From: Asterias rubens
Taxonomy: Eukaryota
Assembly (NCBI RefSeq): GCF_902459465.1
Contig: NC_047072.1
Coordinates: 15,167,776-15,231,775 of the forward strand
Length of the DNA: 64,000 nucleotides
Direction of reading: 5' to 3'
The number at the start of each line of letters is the position of its first letter. Within the stretch, counting starts at the first letter, position 1. The notes below the pieces were generated by a model that saw only the letters and a program-made list of their open reading frames with translations, had not been told where the DNA came from and made no database searches. Below, piece after piece: positions 23,171 through 33,739 of this stretch. The position numbers were made by a program, and so were the translations under genes.

Positions 23171-23211
23171 CAGCCTTGATTTTGATGATGATGATGATGA
23201 TAACGATGATA

Positions 23212-23260
<49 letters not shown>

Positions 23261-23262
23261 GC
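23171..23262. repeat. (GAT)n microsatellite with GAT/AAT/AAC variants
   Basis: gatgatgatgataacgatgataatgatgatg... about 30 units. Confidence 0.9.
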
Positions 23263-23295
23263 CAAGTTTAATTTGATTTATTTGTTTTCAAACAG

Positions 23296-23394
23296 GGGTC
23301 TTGTTCTACCTAAGGTAGTTGTGGATGATTTTGGAGGTGAGAGGACCGATGCTGGAATGCTGGGAAGTGGAATTTATTTTGCTGATAGCTTTGG
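23296..23394 (+). CDS. PARP4: PARP4 exon 11: (R)GLVLPKVVVDDFGGERTDAGMLGSGIYFADSF (catalytic; GSGIYFAD nicotinamide-stacking Tyr)
   Basis: Acceptor ttttcaaacAG, donor GTAAAG. Matches human 'LLLPKVVEDRGVQRTDVGNLGSGIYFSDSL'. Confidence 0.9.
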
Positions 23395-24335
23395 GTAAAG
23401 AAAACTACTATTTAACTTTGAAATTAAAATTAAACCAACTACCCACTGACTAACAGTCCAACTGTCATTTGTATGACTATTTGTTGTATGATGCTCTGTA
23501 TTTCACGCAGAGGACGTGTTTTTGGACTGAATATTTATTTCCTTGCACAATCCATAAAATAATAGGGTACCGGAATGAACAGCAACAAATATTAAAGTTT
23601 GCTGATGGAAGCAAGGTCCAAGTAAGCTGAGGCCTGCAGTGGCTTGCCTTTGGAAAACCCTATGTGTATGTAATCATTGCTCTTTAAGTAAACAAACACC
23701 ATTCCAAGTTTGGACCCATAATTTTCCAATGGCTATTAAGGTAACCCAGTGCACAATATTATCATTTGATCATTCCCTAATGTTTATTTTAAAAATAGTT
23801 TACTGTATAGCATGTATATGTTCACAATTTATGCTTTGGCTACAAGTTCAATTTTAATAAACCATCAATAATAAACCATCAATAATAATAATTATGGTTA
23901 TAGAGAATTAAGTATGGTGTGACATTTAACCTCTGACCCCTAGCACCATGAGATTCATCATAAATTAAACTAACAACCAAGAGACTATCTTCAGCCAAAA
24001 AAAAGGGGGAACAACAACCAATTCAACATCATCAACTGCCTTCATTCAAGAATTCATTTTTTCCAAGGACCACTACATTATGGAATGACCTGCCTCGACA
24101 CATTACCTGTATGATACACAAGACCTTTAGAGACAATTACACTTATATTATAACCAAAACATAGACGTCTTACCTACCAGTGACCTCCTAGCCAAGATCC
24201 AAAGGAGAATGTTTTCATGAGGAAACTAACCAAAGACAAAACCAGACAAACATAACATTAGCAATCTATGTCTACATTGTGTTTATCAATAACTAACTGT
24301 TTCCACCTTTTAAATGAATGTTGTTGTTGTTACAG

Positions 24336-24519
24336 TACAAGTGCCAAGTACTCACACACTAGCCAAACTACAGGAACTCGACTCATGGCAGTAAACCAAG
24401 TAGCACTAGGAAGCTGTCATGACACAACGGTCTATCAGAAAGATCTCCTGAAGCCACCTGATGGATTCCACAGTGTACATGGCGTCAAGCACAATGGCAC
24501 CAACCATTCAGACTTTAAG
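24336..24519 (+). CDS. PARP4: PARP4 exon 12: (G)TSAKYSHTSQTTGTRLMAVNQVALGSCHDTTVYQKDLLKPPDGFHSVHGVKHNGTNHSDFK (catalytic)
   Basis: Acceptor ttgttgttacAG, donor GTATTA. Matches human 'STSIKYSHPGETDGTRLLLICDVALGKCMDLHEKDFSLTEAPPGYDSVHGVSQTASVTTDFE'. Confidence 0.9.
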
Positions 24520-24713
24520 GTATTATTCATTGGAGTTTTAAAAGACTCATGTCAATGTGTGAGGAGTTGAATCGAGGAGTTAGTTTTTGTTCTTAGAGTT
24601 GGAATAAAATGCTACTCCTTAGAATTTCAACTTTTAAAATTTATAAGATATTACTCCATCAAGATCAATTTAAAGTGAAATTAATGTAAAATTAAAATGG
24701 ATATAAGTGAGTC

Positions 24714-25093
24714 TTAAAGCCAGTGGACACTATTGGTAAATGTCAAAGACCAGTCATCTCTCTTGCTGTATCTCAACATATGCATAAAATAACCAACCTG
24801 TGAAAATTTGAGCTCGATTGGTCGTCGGAGTTGCGAGATAACTATGAAAGAAAAAACACTCTTGTCACATGCAGTTGTGTGCTTTCAGATGCTTGATTTT
24901 GAGACCTCAAATTCTAAACTAATGAGGTCTCGAAACTTAAAATTAATTCTTTCTCGAAAACTACTCCACTTCAGAGGGAGCCGTTTCTCACAATGTTTTA
25001 TACTACCAACCTCCCCCCCATTACTCGTTACCAAGTAAGGTTTTATGCAAATTATTATTTTGAGTAGTTACCAATAGTGTCCACTGCCTTTAA
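24714..25093. mobile_element. MITE family A copy (TIR AGGCAGTGGACACTATTGGTAA..., flanked by TTAA)
   Basis: The termini ttaaagccagtggacactattggtaaatgtcaaagaccag ... ccaatagtgtccactgcctttaa match. About 380 bp, no coding capacity. Sits in PARP4 intron 12. Confidence 0.75.
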
Positions 25094-25249
25094 GAGCTTT
25101 GTTAAATAGAGATAAACAGATTCCCTAATGACAAGAGGAAGATTGTTCCAAGTTATTTGTGAAGTTAACACAAAATGGTTTTTGACCCATAAATTTGGTT
25201 ACAGGAGGAACACTCGAGGTGGTTTCAGGTACTTGACTATAAGTGCTAT

Positions 25250-26412
25250 TTCTACTTATTCTATTTCCTGTCACTAGGGTTTCCTTTTACGTATTATACT
25301 ATTCCTGTCACTAGGGTTTCCTTTTACTTATTATACTATTCCTGTCACTAGGGTTTCCTTTTACTTATTATACTATTCCTGTAACTAGGGTTTCCTTTTA
25401 CTTATTATACTATTCCTGTCACTAGGGTTTCCTTTTACTTATTATACTATTCCTGTCACTAGGGTTTCCTTTTACTTATTATACTATTCCTGTCACTAGG
25501 GTTTCCTTTTACTTATTATACTATTCCTGTCACTAGGGTTTCCTTTTACTTATTATACTATTCCTGTCACTAGGGTTTCCTTTTACTTATTATACTATTC
25601 CTGTCACTAGGGTTTCCTTTTACTTATTATACTATTCTTGTCACTAGGGTTTCCTTTTACTTATTATACCATTCCTGTCACTAGGGTTTCCTTTTACTTA
25701 TTATACTATTCCTGTCACTAGGGTTTCCTTTTACTTATTATACTATTCCTGTCACTAGGGTTTCCTTTTACTTATTATACTATTCCTGTCACTAGGGTTT
25801 CCTTTTACTTATTATACTATTCCTGTCACTAGGGTTTCCTTTTACTTATTATACCATTCCTGTCACTAGGGTTTCCTTTTACTTATTATACTATTCCTGT
25901 CACTAGGGTTTCCTTTTACTTATTATACTATTCCTGTTACTAGGGTTTCCTTTTACTTATTATACTATTCCTGTCACTAGGGTTTCCTTTTACTTATTAT
26001 ACTATTCCTGTCACTAGGGTTTCCTTTTACTTATTATACTATTCCTGTCACTAGGGTTTCCTTTTACTTATTATACTATTCCTGTCACTAGGGTTTCCTT
26101 TTACTTATTATACTATTCCTGTCACTAGGGTTTCCTTTTACTTATTATACTATTCCTGTCACTAGGGTTTCCTTTTACTTATTATACTATTCCTGTCACT
26201 AGGGTTTCCTTTTACTTATTATACTATTCCTGTCACTAGGGTTTCCTTTTACTTATTATACTATTCCTGTCACTAGGGTTTCCTTTTACTTATTATACTA
26301 TTCCTGTCACTAGAGTTTCCTTTTACTTATTATACTATTCCTGTCCACAATGGTTCTTCCTTTTACTTATTATACTATTCCTGTCCACAATGGTTCTTCC
26401 TTTTATATGACA
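25250..26412. repeat. 40-bp minisatellite, about 29 units (ttcctgtcactagggtttccttttacttattatactat), in PARP4 intron 12, running into the exon-13 acceptor
   Basis: Near-perfect head-to-tail copies. The last two units degenerate (ttcctgtccacaatggttcttccttttac) and supply the polypyrimidine tract of the acceptor at 26413. Confidence 0.9.
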
Positions 26413-26413
26413 G

Positions 26414-26588
26414 GACGATGAATATGTTGTGTACAACACAAATCAACAGCGACTTCGTTTCTTGATTGAGTTTTCATTACCCGATGATAAACCGACAACC
26501 TTACCTGTGTGTGACAATGAGGGCGCTAAAGATGTCGAAGAAGACGTTGATGTGGATAACATTACAGAAGCGCTATCAACTCCCATTG
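26414..26588 (+). CDS. PARP4: PARP4 exon 13: DDEYVVYNTNQQRLRFLIEFSLPDDKPTTLPVCDNEGAKDVEEDVDVDNITEALSTPI(G) (catalytic Glu in DDEYVVY)
   Basis: The acceptor ...ttttatatgacAG is derived from the upstream 40-bp minisatellite. Donor GTATAT. Matches human 'DDEFVVYKTNQVKMKYIIKFSMPGDQ'. Confidence 0.9.
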
Positions 26589-26906
26589 GTATATTTGATT
26601 GTACTATATTTCTTTTGCATTTGTTTGATTTCAGCGAGAATTTTTAAGATAATCATAACTTGTTATGGTGAAGTTCAGGGTCGCATCCTGTAATATTTCT
26701 TTGATGATTGTTTGCAGGCGGCCATACAAAATTCTTTACAGCCAATAATTCATAAAGGGATATTAACATGATTATGTGAGTATTTGAATAACAGTGACTT
26801 GCAAATTACACAAGCTGGCCAGAGATCAATAACGTGTAACATTTAAGGTCGTTTCTAAACCAACTATCATGTTTTAACAATGATCTTATTCCTGTTTAAC
26901 TCATAG

Positions 26907-27037
26907 ATCTCAGCGATGTGAAAAGTGTAGAGAATCCTCTAACAAAGATTACGCCTGGTCTTCTCTCTAATGCTGATCAACCTATACCATTGAAAGCTGT
27001 CCATGTAAGAGCCAGGCTACTAGACTTGGCTGCTCAG
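26907..27037 (+). CDS. PARP4: PARP4 exon 14: (D)LSDVKSVENPLTKITPGLLSNADQPIPLKAVHVRARLLDLAAQ
   Basis: Acceptor ttaactcatAG, donor GTTAGT. Matches human 'LQDASGNLVPLEDVHIKGRIIDTVAQ'. Confidence 0.8.
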
Positions 27038-27114
27038 GTTAGTCCACTATTGGAGCGAGCAAAGAAACGTTTACTAGAAATTAACAAATTAACCATGCCA
27101 CCAACATACATGTA

Positions 27115-27188
27115 AGCGCTAGATGGTTCAGTTGGTAGAGCGCCTGACCGTTAATCCAGAGGTTGCTGGTTAAAATCTGTTCTAGTCA
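27115..27188 (+). mobile_element. tRNA-derived SINE copy (same family as 4949-5020), abutting a foldback element
   Basis: agcgctagatggttcagttggtagagcgcctgaccgttaatccagaggttgctggttaaaatctgttctagtc is about 80 % identical to the 4949-5020 unit. Confidence 0.5.
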
Positions 27189-27225
27189 ATTTTTCTCTTA
27201 ATTAGAATTTAACTAGTCGGTTTTC

Positions 27226-27611
27226 TTAAAGGAACACGTTGCCTTGAATCGGACGAGTTGGTCTATAAAAATTGTTTGTAACCGTTTTTATAAAACGCAT
27301 ATGGTTGGAAAGATGTTTTAAAAGTAGAATACAATGATCCACACAAGTTTGCCTCGAAATTACGTGGTTTTCCTCTTACTCTGCGAACTAACACGATCGG
27401 CCATTTATGTGAGTCAATGACTCCCATAAATGGCAGACCGTGTTAGGCGACGAGGTAAAAGGAAAACCGTGCAATTTAGAGGCATGTTTGTGTGGATCAT
27501 TGTATTCTACTTTTATAACATCTTTCTACCTATATGCATTTTATAACAAACAGTTACAACAGCTTTTCAAAGACCAACTCGACCGATCCAAGGCAACGTG
27601 TTCCTTTAAGG
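27226..27611. mobile_element. Long foldback (inverted-repeat) element, 386 bp, with arms of about 125 bp at about 85-90 % identity and a central secondary palindrome
   Basis: The left arm ttaaaggaacacgttgccttgaatcggacgagttggtct... is the reverse complement of the right arm ...agaccaactcgaccgatccaaggcaacgtgttcctttaagg. The centre contains ggccatttatgtgagtcaatgactcccataaatggc. Confidence 0.75.
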
Positions 27612-27775
27612 TTTGTTAATTTACAATGATATGATTTAGTTTTTCCCTTTGTCAATGTGGGCTGGTCGCTTTTCCAGCTTAATAAAATTGTGAATAGATT
27701 ACAAAACATAACAAAAAATACTTGGACCAGTGTTTGTATGAATGTTTTATGTTCTCATGCTCTCTACTTTGGCAG

Positions 27776-27994
27776 GTTGTTGTTCTCCAAGTCTATGCTA
27801 ATGATAGTGACATGCCAATAGAAGCCAAGTATGTATTTCCCCTGGATGAACAAGCTGCAGTGTGTGGTTTTGAAGCATTCATTAATGATAAACACATCGT
27901 GGGTGAAGTGAAGGAGAAAGAAACTGCTCACAGGGAATATAAAGAAGCAATAAGTCAAGGTCATGGAGCATACCTCATGGATGAGGAGAAACCG
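27776..27994 (+). CDS. PARP4: PARP4 exon 15: VVVLQVYANDSDMPIEAKYVFPLDEQAAVCGFEAFINDKHIVGEVKEKETAHREYKEAISQGHGAYLMDEEKP (VIT domain)
   Basis: Acceptor ctctactttggcAG, donor GTAGGT. Near-identical blocks to human 'VPIEAKYIFPLDDKAAVCGFEAFINGKHIVGEIKEKEEAQQEYLEAVTQGHGAYLMSQDAP'. Confidence 0.95.
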
Positions 27995-28621
27995 GTAGGT
28001 CATAGTTCAAAGGTCAATTGTTGCACTTGTAGATGGAGTTTTGAGCGAGTTGAAGCGAGGGAGTTCAAATCAGTTTATGATAGAATTGTATGAGAATTCC
28101 AAAAGCTTAGCAACTGAGTTTATCCCATGAAAAACAAACACCAAGTTTTACTTAAATTGATTTGTACTTTTGTTACTGGTTGTGATAGGTTCACCTCCAA
28201 AATCTGACTGTATGAATAAAAATGTCCCCCTATTTACTTGGTGCTAAAAATCCAAACACAAGCAATCATGTCCTGATAGTGTACCCAGGGAGGCCACCCC
28301 TCCCTCCCTCCCTAAAGCGGTGGAGTGAAAAACAACAAGCAACTCCGTGCTGCAGGAGCAGTTTGGAACCTTGATTGAAATTGCTGACTGATCTGAGATA
28401 AATGTGAAATTCACTGGCCTCACAAAAAAGTACATCTTATATGCTGCTTTGCAAGCTGCAAGCAAACATAAATAAATTGCAATAAATGTTGTAATGATTA
28501 TAAGGAAGACTTTTTATAGGAAAACACAAGGACTGATTTCTCTGTCAGAAACTATTGGAGTTGTTGTAGACTTTTTGTGATTTTCTTTAATGAATTGTTC
28601 ATTGTTTAAATTTCTTTCAAG

Positions 28622-28827
28622 GATGTTTTCACTGTGAGTGTTGGTAATCTCCCGCCTCTTACGACTGTTGTCATCAAGATAACCTATGTTGCTGAGCTCG
28701 CCGTTGATGGTGATAAGATTCTCTTTACATTACCAGGGAGTGTAGCACCATGGAGGAAAGACGACGCTTTAGCTCAGGAGACTCAGACATATGTTAAAAC
28801 AGTCAAAGTCAATTCAGACACAAAGAG
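28622..28827 (+). CDS. PARP4: PARP4 exon 16: DVFTVSVGNLPPLTTVVIKITYVAELAVDGDKILFTLPGSVAPWRKDDALAQETQTYVKTVKVNSDTK (VIT)
   Basis: Acceptor tttctttcaAG, donor GTTAGC. Matches human 'DVFTVSVGNLPPKAKVLIKITYITELSILG...ATVAPWQQDKALNE'. Confidence 0.9.
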
Positions 28828-28998
28828 GTTAGCAATATTCTGATCAGGAAATATTGACTGGGATTGGCATTTTAAGTCACCAATCTTGAAATTTGTTGAA
28901 AGAAAAAAAAGATAACAGCACAACAGTAACATGACAGTAAGATCTTTTAAAATGTGTAAATAATGTCTATTCTCTGAATTGTCTTTGATTTGTTTCAG

Positions 28999-29080
28999 AT
29001 CTTTATCAGTTCATGTTGCCGTGGAGATGCCCTATGACATCCGAAGCTTGGAGTCTCCAACTCATCCAATCAAACAAAAG
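28999..29080 (+). CDS. PARP4: PARP4 exon 17: (R)SLSVHVAVEMPYDIRSLESPTHPIKQK
   Basis: Acceptor tttgtttcAG, donor GTGAGA. Matches human 'SFSLTMSIEMPYVIEFIFSDTHELKQK'. Confidence 0.85.
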
Positions 29081-29194
29081 GTGAGAGGAAAAAATATTTT
29101 CAAAGCTTCAGATCATTCGGAAAATTGTTTGCCTTCTGAAAACTACTTCTTATTTTTTCCTTTTTTACATTTGTGTTTATTTATTTGTTGACAG

Positions 29195-29525
29195 CAAACA
29201 GCAGCTAAAGCAACTGTCTGCCTGTCAGAAAAGTGTAGCGGACTTGATGATGGATTCCAACTTCTGATTGGCTTAGCGGAGATTCATGTTCCCCGAATGT
29301 GGGCGGAGAGACACCCCACAGAGAAGGACAGCCAAGCATGCATGCTGACCTTCTACCCTGAGTTTGATGCTAACAGCTCTAGCCAATCAGAAGTGGTGAT
29401 TCTTTTGGACTTGTCCAATTCAATGCGAGGAGGAAGCAATCTGCAAGATGCAAAGAAACTTGTGATGTTGATCCTTCATCATATGGCCAAGGACTGCAAG
29501 TTCAATATCGTTGTTTTTGGAACGG
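29195..29525 (+). CDS. PARP4: PARP4 exon 18: QTAAKATVCLSEKCSGLDDGFQLLIGLAEIHVPRMWAERHPTEKDSQACMLTFYPEFDANSSSQSEVVILLDLSNSMRGGSNLQDAKKLVMLILHHMAKDCKFNIVVFGT(G) (start of vWA, MIDAS DxSxS)
   Basis: Acceptor tttgttgacAG, donor GTAATT. Matches human '...LPRMWVEKHPEKESEACMLVFQPDLD...SESEVIICLDCSSSMEGVTFLQAKQIALHALSLVGEKQKVNIIQFGTG'. Confidence 0.9.
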
Positions 29526-30104
29526 GTAATTAACAAAGAAAACAATTCCTTTATTCTTTAGAATGAATATTGTTTTTACTTCTACGATTTCAAGATTGGA
29601 AACTGGTCTGGATTTCAGAATGAATCGCTATTCCTATCATGTCATCAACACAAACTGTGGTTTTCATTGTCGCAGTGTGATGAGAAAATTAATTTCAGTC
29701 TACTGGAGTGTCATGGCCGAGCAGTCTATGTGCACTATGTTGAAGCTCCGTCCTTTACAGAGTATGGGTTCGAATCCTGACCTAGTAGTTAATAATGATG
29801 CGTTAGTCTTTGAGCAAGATACGTATACAATATTTGAAGGGACAAAATGCTCTAGATCCAATAGATTGGTATGCACATAATAGAATAAAAAAACATTTAT
29901 CTTGGACGAGAAGGGGTTTACCTTGTGGTTTATCCAAGCACCCTTTTCTACAGGTTTCCTCAGACATCCAAGTTACAGTGATATATTTACTTTTGAAGCA
30001 TTCTTTGTTTCATTACTTGAAATTAAAAATGTTAATAATAACTGTATGTTTATTCACTTCCCTGGATTGTATTAATGCACACTGATTTCATCTTCCTTCC
30101 TCAG

Positions 30105-30363
30105 ATTTTGAAGAGTTGTTTCCTCAAAGCAAAGTCATGAACAAAGAGACAATGAAAACAGCTCAGAGCTTCATTCAAGGTCTTTCAGCCACTATGGGCA
30201 ACACAGATGTCTGGCGCCCTCTTAAGGCATACTTTATGCTGAAAACTGGACAACTCAGAAATATCTTTTTGATATCTGATGGCCACGTTAGCAATGAAGA
30301 AGCCACGCTGGAAACGGTTCGTAAGAACTGTCGTCACACAAGGGTCTTTACATTTGGTATCAG
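30105..30363 (+). CDS. PARP4: PARP4 exon 19: (D)FEELFPQSKVMNKETMKTAQSFIQGLSATMGNTDVWRPLKAYFMLKTGQLRNIFLISDGHVSNEEATLETVRKNCRHTRVFTFGI (vWA)
   Basis: Acceptor ccttcctcAG, donor GTATTC. Matches human 'YKELFSYPKHITSNTMAAEFIMSATPTMGNTDFWKTLRYL...ILLVSDGHLQDESLTLQLVKRSRPHTRLFACGI'. Confidence 0.9.
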
Positions 30364-30943
30364 GTATTCGTGAATTTCTCACTCATTAATCTGGATGAAA
30401 ATTCATTTCATATCAAAATCATTATATCCGTCCAATTCATACATTAACAAGAAATAACACTTTCACTAAATATATATATACAAAGTAATGGCACTATGCT
30501 TCTCACATTATTAAATTATACTTCGTGTCTTTCAAAGAGTTGCTGTTCTTAGGGTCCTGAGCATTCCTTGAACCATCTCAACTCCTTAGAAGTATGCACC
30601 AGCAGCATAAGTCACTCCTTGGTGATGAGAAGCAACTAAGTGTTTTTAAGTAATAATAGAAATAATAAGATTTTCTCAAGGACACAAGTGTGATGACTGG
30701 AACCCACAATTGTATCTCTTTTCTAATACATTTGTATTCGATGCTCAAAACCAGTTGGTAACACTACGTAGAAAAATTGCAAAAACTAAGTATACTATTT
30801 TTTGATGGAAATGTTTATGTAAAATCACCTCATCTTACAGAGCTCATATTAATAAGCAAGAATCAGGAATCCTGTACCTAATACATCATAATAATACAAA
30901 CTGCATTCAGTTTAATTCTTGTTGTGGTTAATTTGATTGACAG

Positions 30944-31043
30944 TGCTACAGCTAATAAGTATCTCCTGCGTGCAGTGTCCAATACTGGAGCTGGTGCCTT
31001 TGAGTTCTTTGATAACAAGACCAAGTCCAAATGGGAAGGCAAG
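30944..31043 (+). CDS. PARP4: PARP4 exon 20: (S)ATANKYLLRAVSNTGAGAFEFFDNKTKSKWEGK (vWA)
   Basis: Acceptor tttgattgacAG, donor GTATGT. Matches human 'STANRHVLRILSQCGAGVFEYFNAKSKHSW'. Confidence 0.9.
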
Positions 31044-31458
31044 GTATGTATTTAGATGATCATAGCTTAGGATGGGGTTTCTTCAGTTGAAGGATGTAGT
31101 TACTTACCTGATGGAGGCTCAATATTTGATAACTTAAGCCATGTGCGATTTGTGTGTGATTTGTTTTAATAGCCAAAGCAATTTTTTTTTTTTAATTAGA
31201 TGTTGACCAGTTTTCATTATATCAGGTTTTTGACAGTGATACTTCAGTTAATTAGATACTAATAACAAATTACAGATTGGAGCTTGCAGATAACCTTTAT
31301 TGTTCAGCTATTAAGCAAGTTTTATTCTGCGCTGTAGAAACATTTTTGCTCAGTGAAACGTCGGACAGGGATCATTCCAACAGATCAGAAAAATTGCAAT
31401 TATGTTAAAGAAGTGTTTAAACAAAGTATGATTTGATCTTATTGATTGCTTCTTACAG

Positions 31459-31629
31459 GTCAAGACACAGTTAAGTAGAGCCTCACAGCCGGTTCTGTCA
31501 TCTGTCAACGTGAAATGGTGTCAGTTTGACGATGATGCTCCAACTCCGATCCAAGCACCCAATCACATCACTTCATTATTCAGTGGTGCTCGGCAGGTTG
31601 TTTATGGCTTTGTACCATATTGCACTCAG
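31459..31629 (+). CDS. PARP4: PARP4 exon 21: VKTQLSRASQPVLSSVNVKWCQFDDDAPTPIQAPNHITSLFSGARQVVYGFVPYCTQ
   Basis: Acceptor tgcttcttacAG, donor GTATTC. Matches human 'QIEDQMTRLCSPSCHSVSVKWQQLNPDVPEALQAPAQVPSLFLNDRLLVYGFIPHCTQ'. Confidence 0.9.
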
Positions 31630-31900
31630 GTATTCATACAAGCTCTTAAATTAAAGTGTTTATTTTATTTTTTAAAGATAATTATTGAGAGATTCATAGC
31701 TAACTTGTCACCTTAAAACTAAATGTTGTTGAAATTGTATATCATTGTTACAAGGTTAGATTTTGTTTTTGTATGAGTTTTTCTTGATACCATATCATGG
31801 GTTTCCAGATATATTTCGACATGATTGCAAATTGTCATAATACTGCATGAAGAATACTGAACTCTAAGAGGGTAATGATTCATTGTTGTTGATTTTCCAG

Positions 31901-31981
31901 GCTACATTAACAGCAACAATTAATGGCAAGGAGGTATCTACAATGGTATCAACTCATGAGCTTAGCATCACACAGGGAAAG
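31901..31981 (+). CDS. PARP4: PARP4 exon 22: ATLTATINGKEVSTMVSTHELSITQGK
   Basis: Acceptor gattttccAG, donor GTAAGC. Matches human 'ATLCALIQEKEFRTMVSTTELQKTTG'. Confidence 0.85.
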
Positions 31982-32332
31982 GTAAGCACTTTGCAAAACG
32001 TTAAAAATACTTTACATGCCAGAAATACAGGTCAAACCCCTTCTCTTCTTATTAAGTCTAACTTGGTTCTTTTGCATGCATAAGGCAACATGGCTTTACG
32101 TCTCTTTGGAAGGATGGAGCAATAATGGTAAAGTATCTTGCCTAAGTGCCACGACCAGAACTCAAACCAACTAATATTAGAGACACTAGAGATTCTGCCC
32201 ATTGCTCTTAACCGCTCTGTCAAAACATGCCACTATGAGCTTACTCCCTCAGTTTTGTCTGTTTTTAATTGCGTGTTCAACCAGTTTTTACTTTTAATTT
32301 TCCATTTCCAATTGATTGTTTTCTGTTTCTAG

Positions 32333-32515
32333 ATTTTGCATCAGTTGACAGCCCGCAACATCATTCGTGATTGGGAGGAAGGTTCCTTAGCAACAGATCA
32401 CACCCAACATGAGGCAAGGAAAGCTGAGCAGAAGACGTACATCGTCAGCTTGAGCAAGAAGTATTCCATTGTTACTCAGTTTACTAGCTTTGTGGCTGTG
32501 GAGGTCAGAGATGAG
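32333..32515 (+). CDS. PARP4: PARP4 exon 23: ILHQLTARNIIRDWEEGSLATDHTQHEARKAEQKTYIVSLSKKYSIVTQFTSFVAVEVRDE
   Basis: Acceptor tctgtttctAG, donor GTTAGT. Matches human 'MIHKLAARALIRDYEDGILHENETSHEMKKQTLKSLIIKLSKENSLITQFTSFVAVEKRDE'. Confidence 0.95.
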
Positions 32516-33122
32516 GTTAGTGAAGCTTTCTGGGTGTGAAGTTGCCTGGTTTTGCTCCTGCGATATACACACATGCACAATACGCTAGAGTTCATGCAGA
32601 CAGAGGTGTGATCCGAACTCAAGGCCTTTGCAATGCTAGAGCAGATCCACTAGACCACCAAGCTAGCCCAATACTAGAGGCAGCTCAAATCCTAAGTGTT
32701 AGCGATGATTTATGAGATGTTACTTTAGTCAGACTTGTTCTCAGCTTTCAAAATGTTGTTGATGTTTTTCACAGGAAGGTAATGTACTACAAGAGTGGTG
32801 ACTCGGTCTTTAAACTTTGAAGGGTCGTGGCCATGCGGCTATCGCACAGCATGACCCTGCCAGTTTTAAACAGCGTTTATGATAAGACCTCATCCTCCAC
32901 TCTTTTATTCCCTCATTGAAACCTTGCATCAATAGGTCATAATTCCTTGAGCTTCCTACATACTGCGCTGACTGGCTTCTGAGTAATAACAATGTTATAT
33001 TGTAAAATGATGTTCATTTTGTAAGTCATCAACATTTGGTATTGTTTAATATATTTGACCAGGATAAAGATGAATGCGTGGAGTCTGTCAACTTTTAAGG
33101 TAATTTTTGTTTCTTTTGTTAG

Positions 33123-33248
33123 AATGAAGGTGAAAAAGTGAGGTCAGGGGTCAACGTAACTGATCTTTTGAAGGAGGAGGAAGTTGATTCTTTAAAATAT
33201 TTGAACTGGCAGAATGATCATTCCCAAGATGCACCTGAAGAAACCATG
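33123..33248 (+). CDS. PARP4: PARP4 exon 24: NEGEKVRSGVNVTDLLKEEEVDSLKYLNWQNDHSQDAPEETM
   Basis: Acceptor tttcttttgttAG, donor GTCAGT. Similar to human 'NESPFPDIPKVSELIAKEDVDFLPYMSWQGEPQEAV'. Confidence 0.75.
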
Positions 33249-33498
33249 GTCAGTACCAATATCTGTGTTCATCACAAAACCTTTAAGACGCCCTAGCTGT
33301 AAAGAATTTGTCCATGTTAGCTTGTCTCCCTTTGCTTCAGCCACCTGGGCCCAGCCCAGTTTTATTTGCTTAAGATCCAGTAGTGATTCGGCACTGTTTT
33401 TTTTTTTATTTTCAGTGTTTTTCTTTCTCCCCAAACCTCTACTTTGTTTTTCTTTTGCATCTGGTAACCTAATATATATTTTTGTTTACATTTTCCAG

Positions 33499-33613
33499 AC
33501 TATAGAGGAATTTGAGGATTTCTATGGCATCGAGCAGTGTTATGAGGAATGTTATGAAACATTTGAATCCTACAACGTTCTGGATAGCATGGAAAGTACT
33601 GACAATAAAATGG
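33499..33613 (+). CDS. PARP4: PARP4 exon 25: TIEEFEDFYGIEQCYEECYETFESYNVLDSMESTDNKM
   Basis: Acceptor ttacattttccAG, donor GTACAT. Phase 0 in, phase 1 out, consistent with exon 26. Confidence 0.6.
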
Positions 33614-33739
33614 GTACATTTTAATCAACTTTTTGGCCAATGTTCTTTCACCATTTCATAGTTTCAATGCATATTCTCTCTCATTACTTTATATTGAACT
33701 TTAGTGTTTGTTATTAATAGTGCATGAAACCGAATAAAG

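Noticed and set aside
33040-33100. Possible extra mini-exon (acceptor ttgaccAG, donor GTAATT) between PARP4 exons 23 and 24
   Set aside because: Its in-phase reading contains TAA. Exons 23 and 24 are both phase 0 and join cleanly without it.
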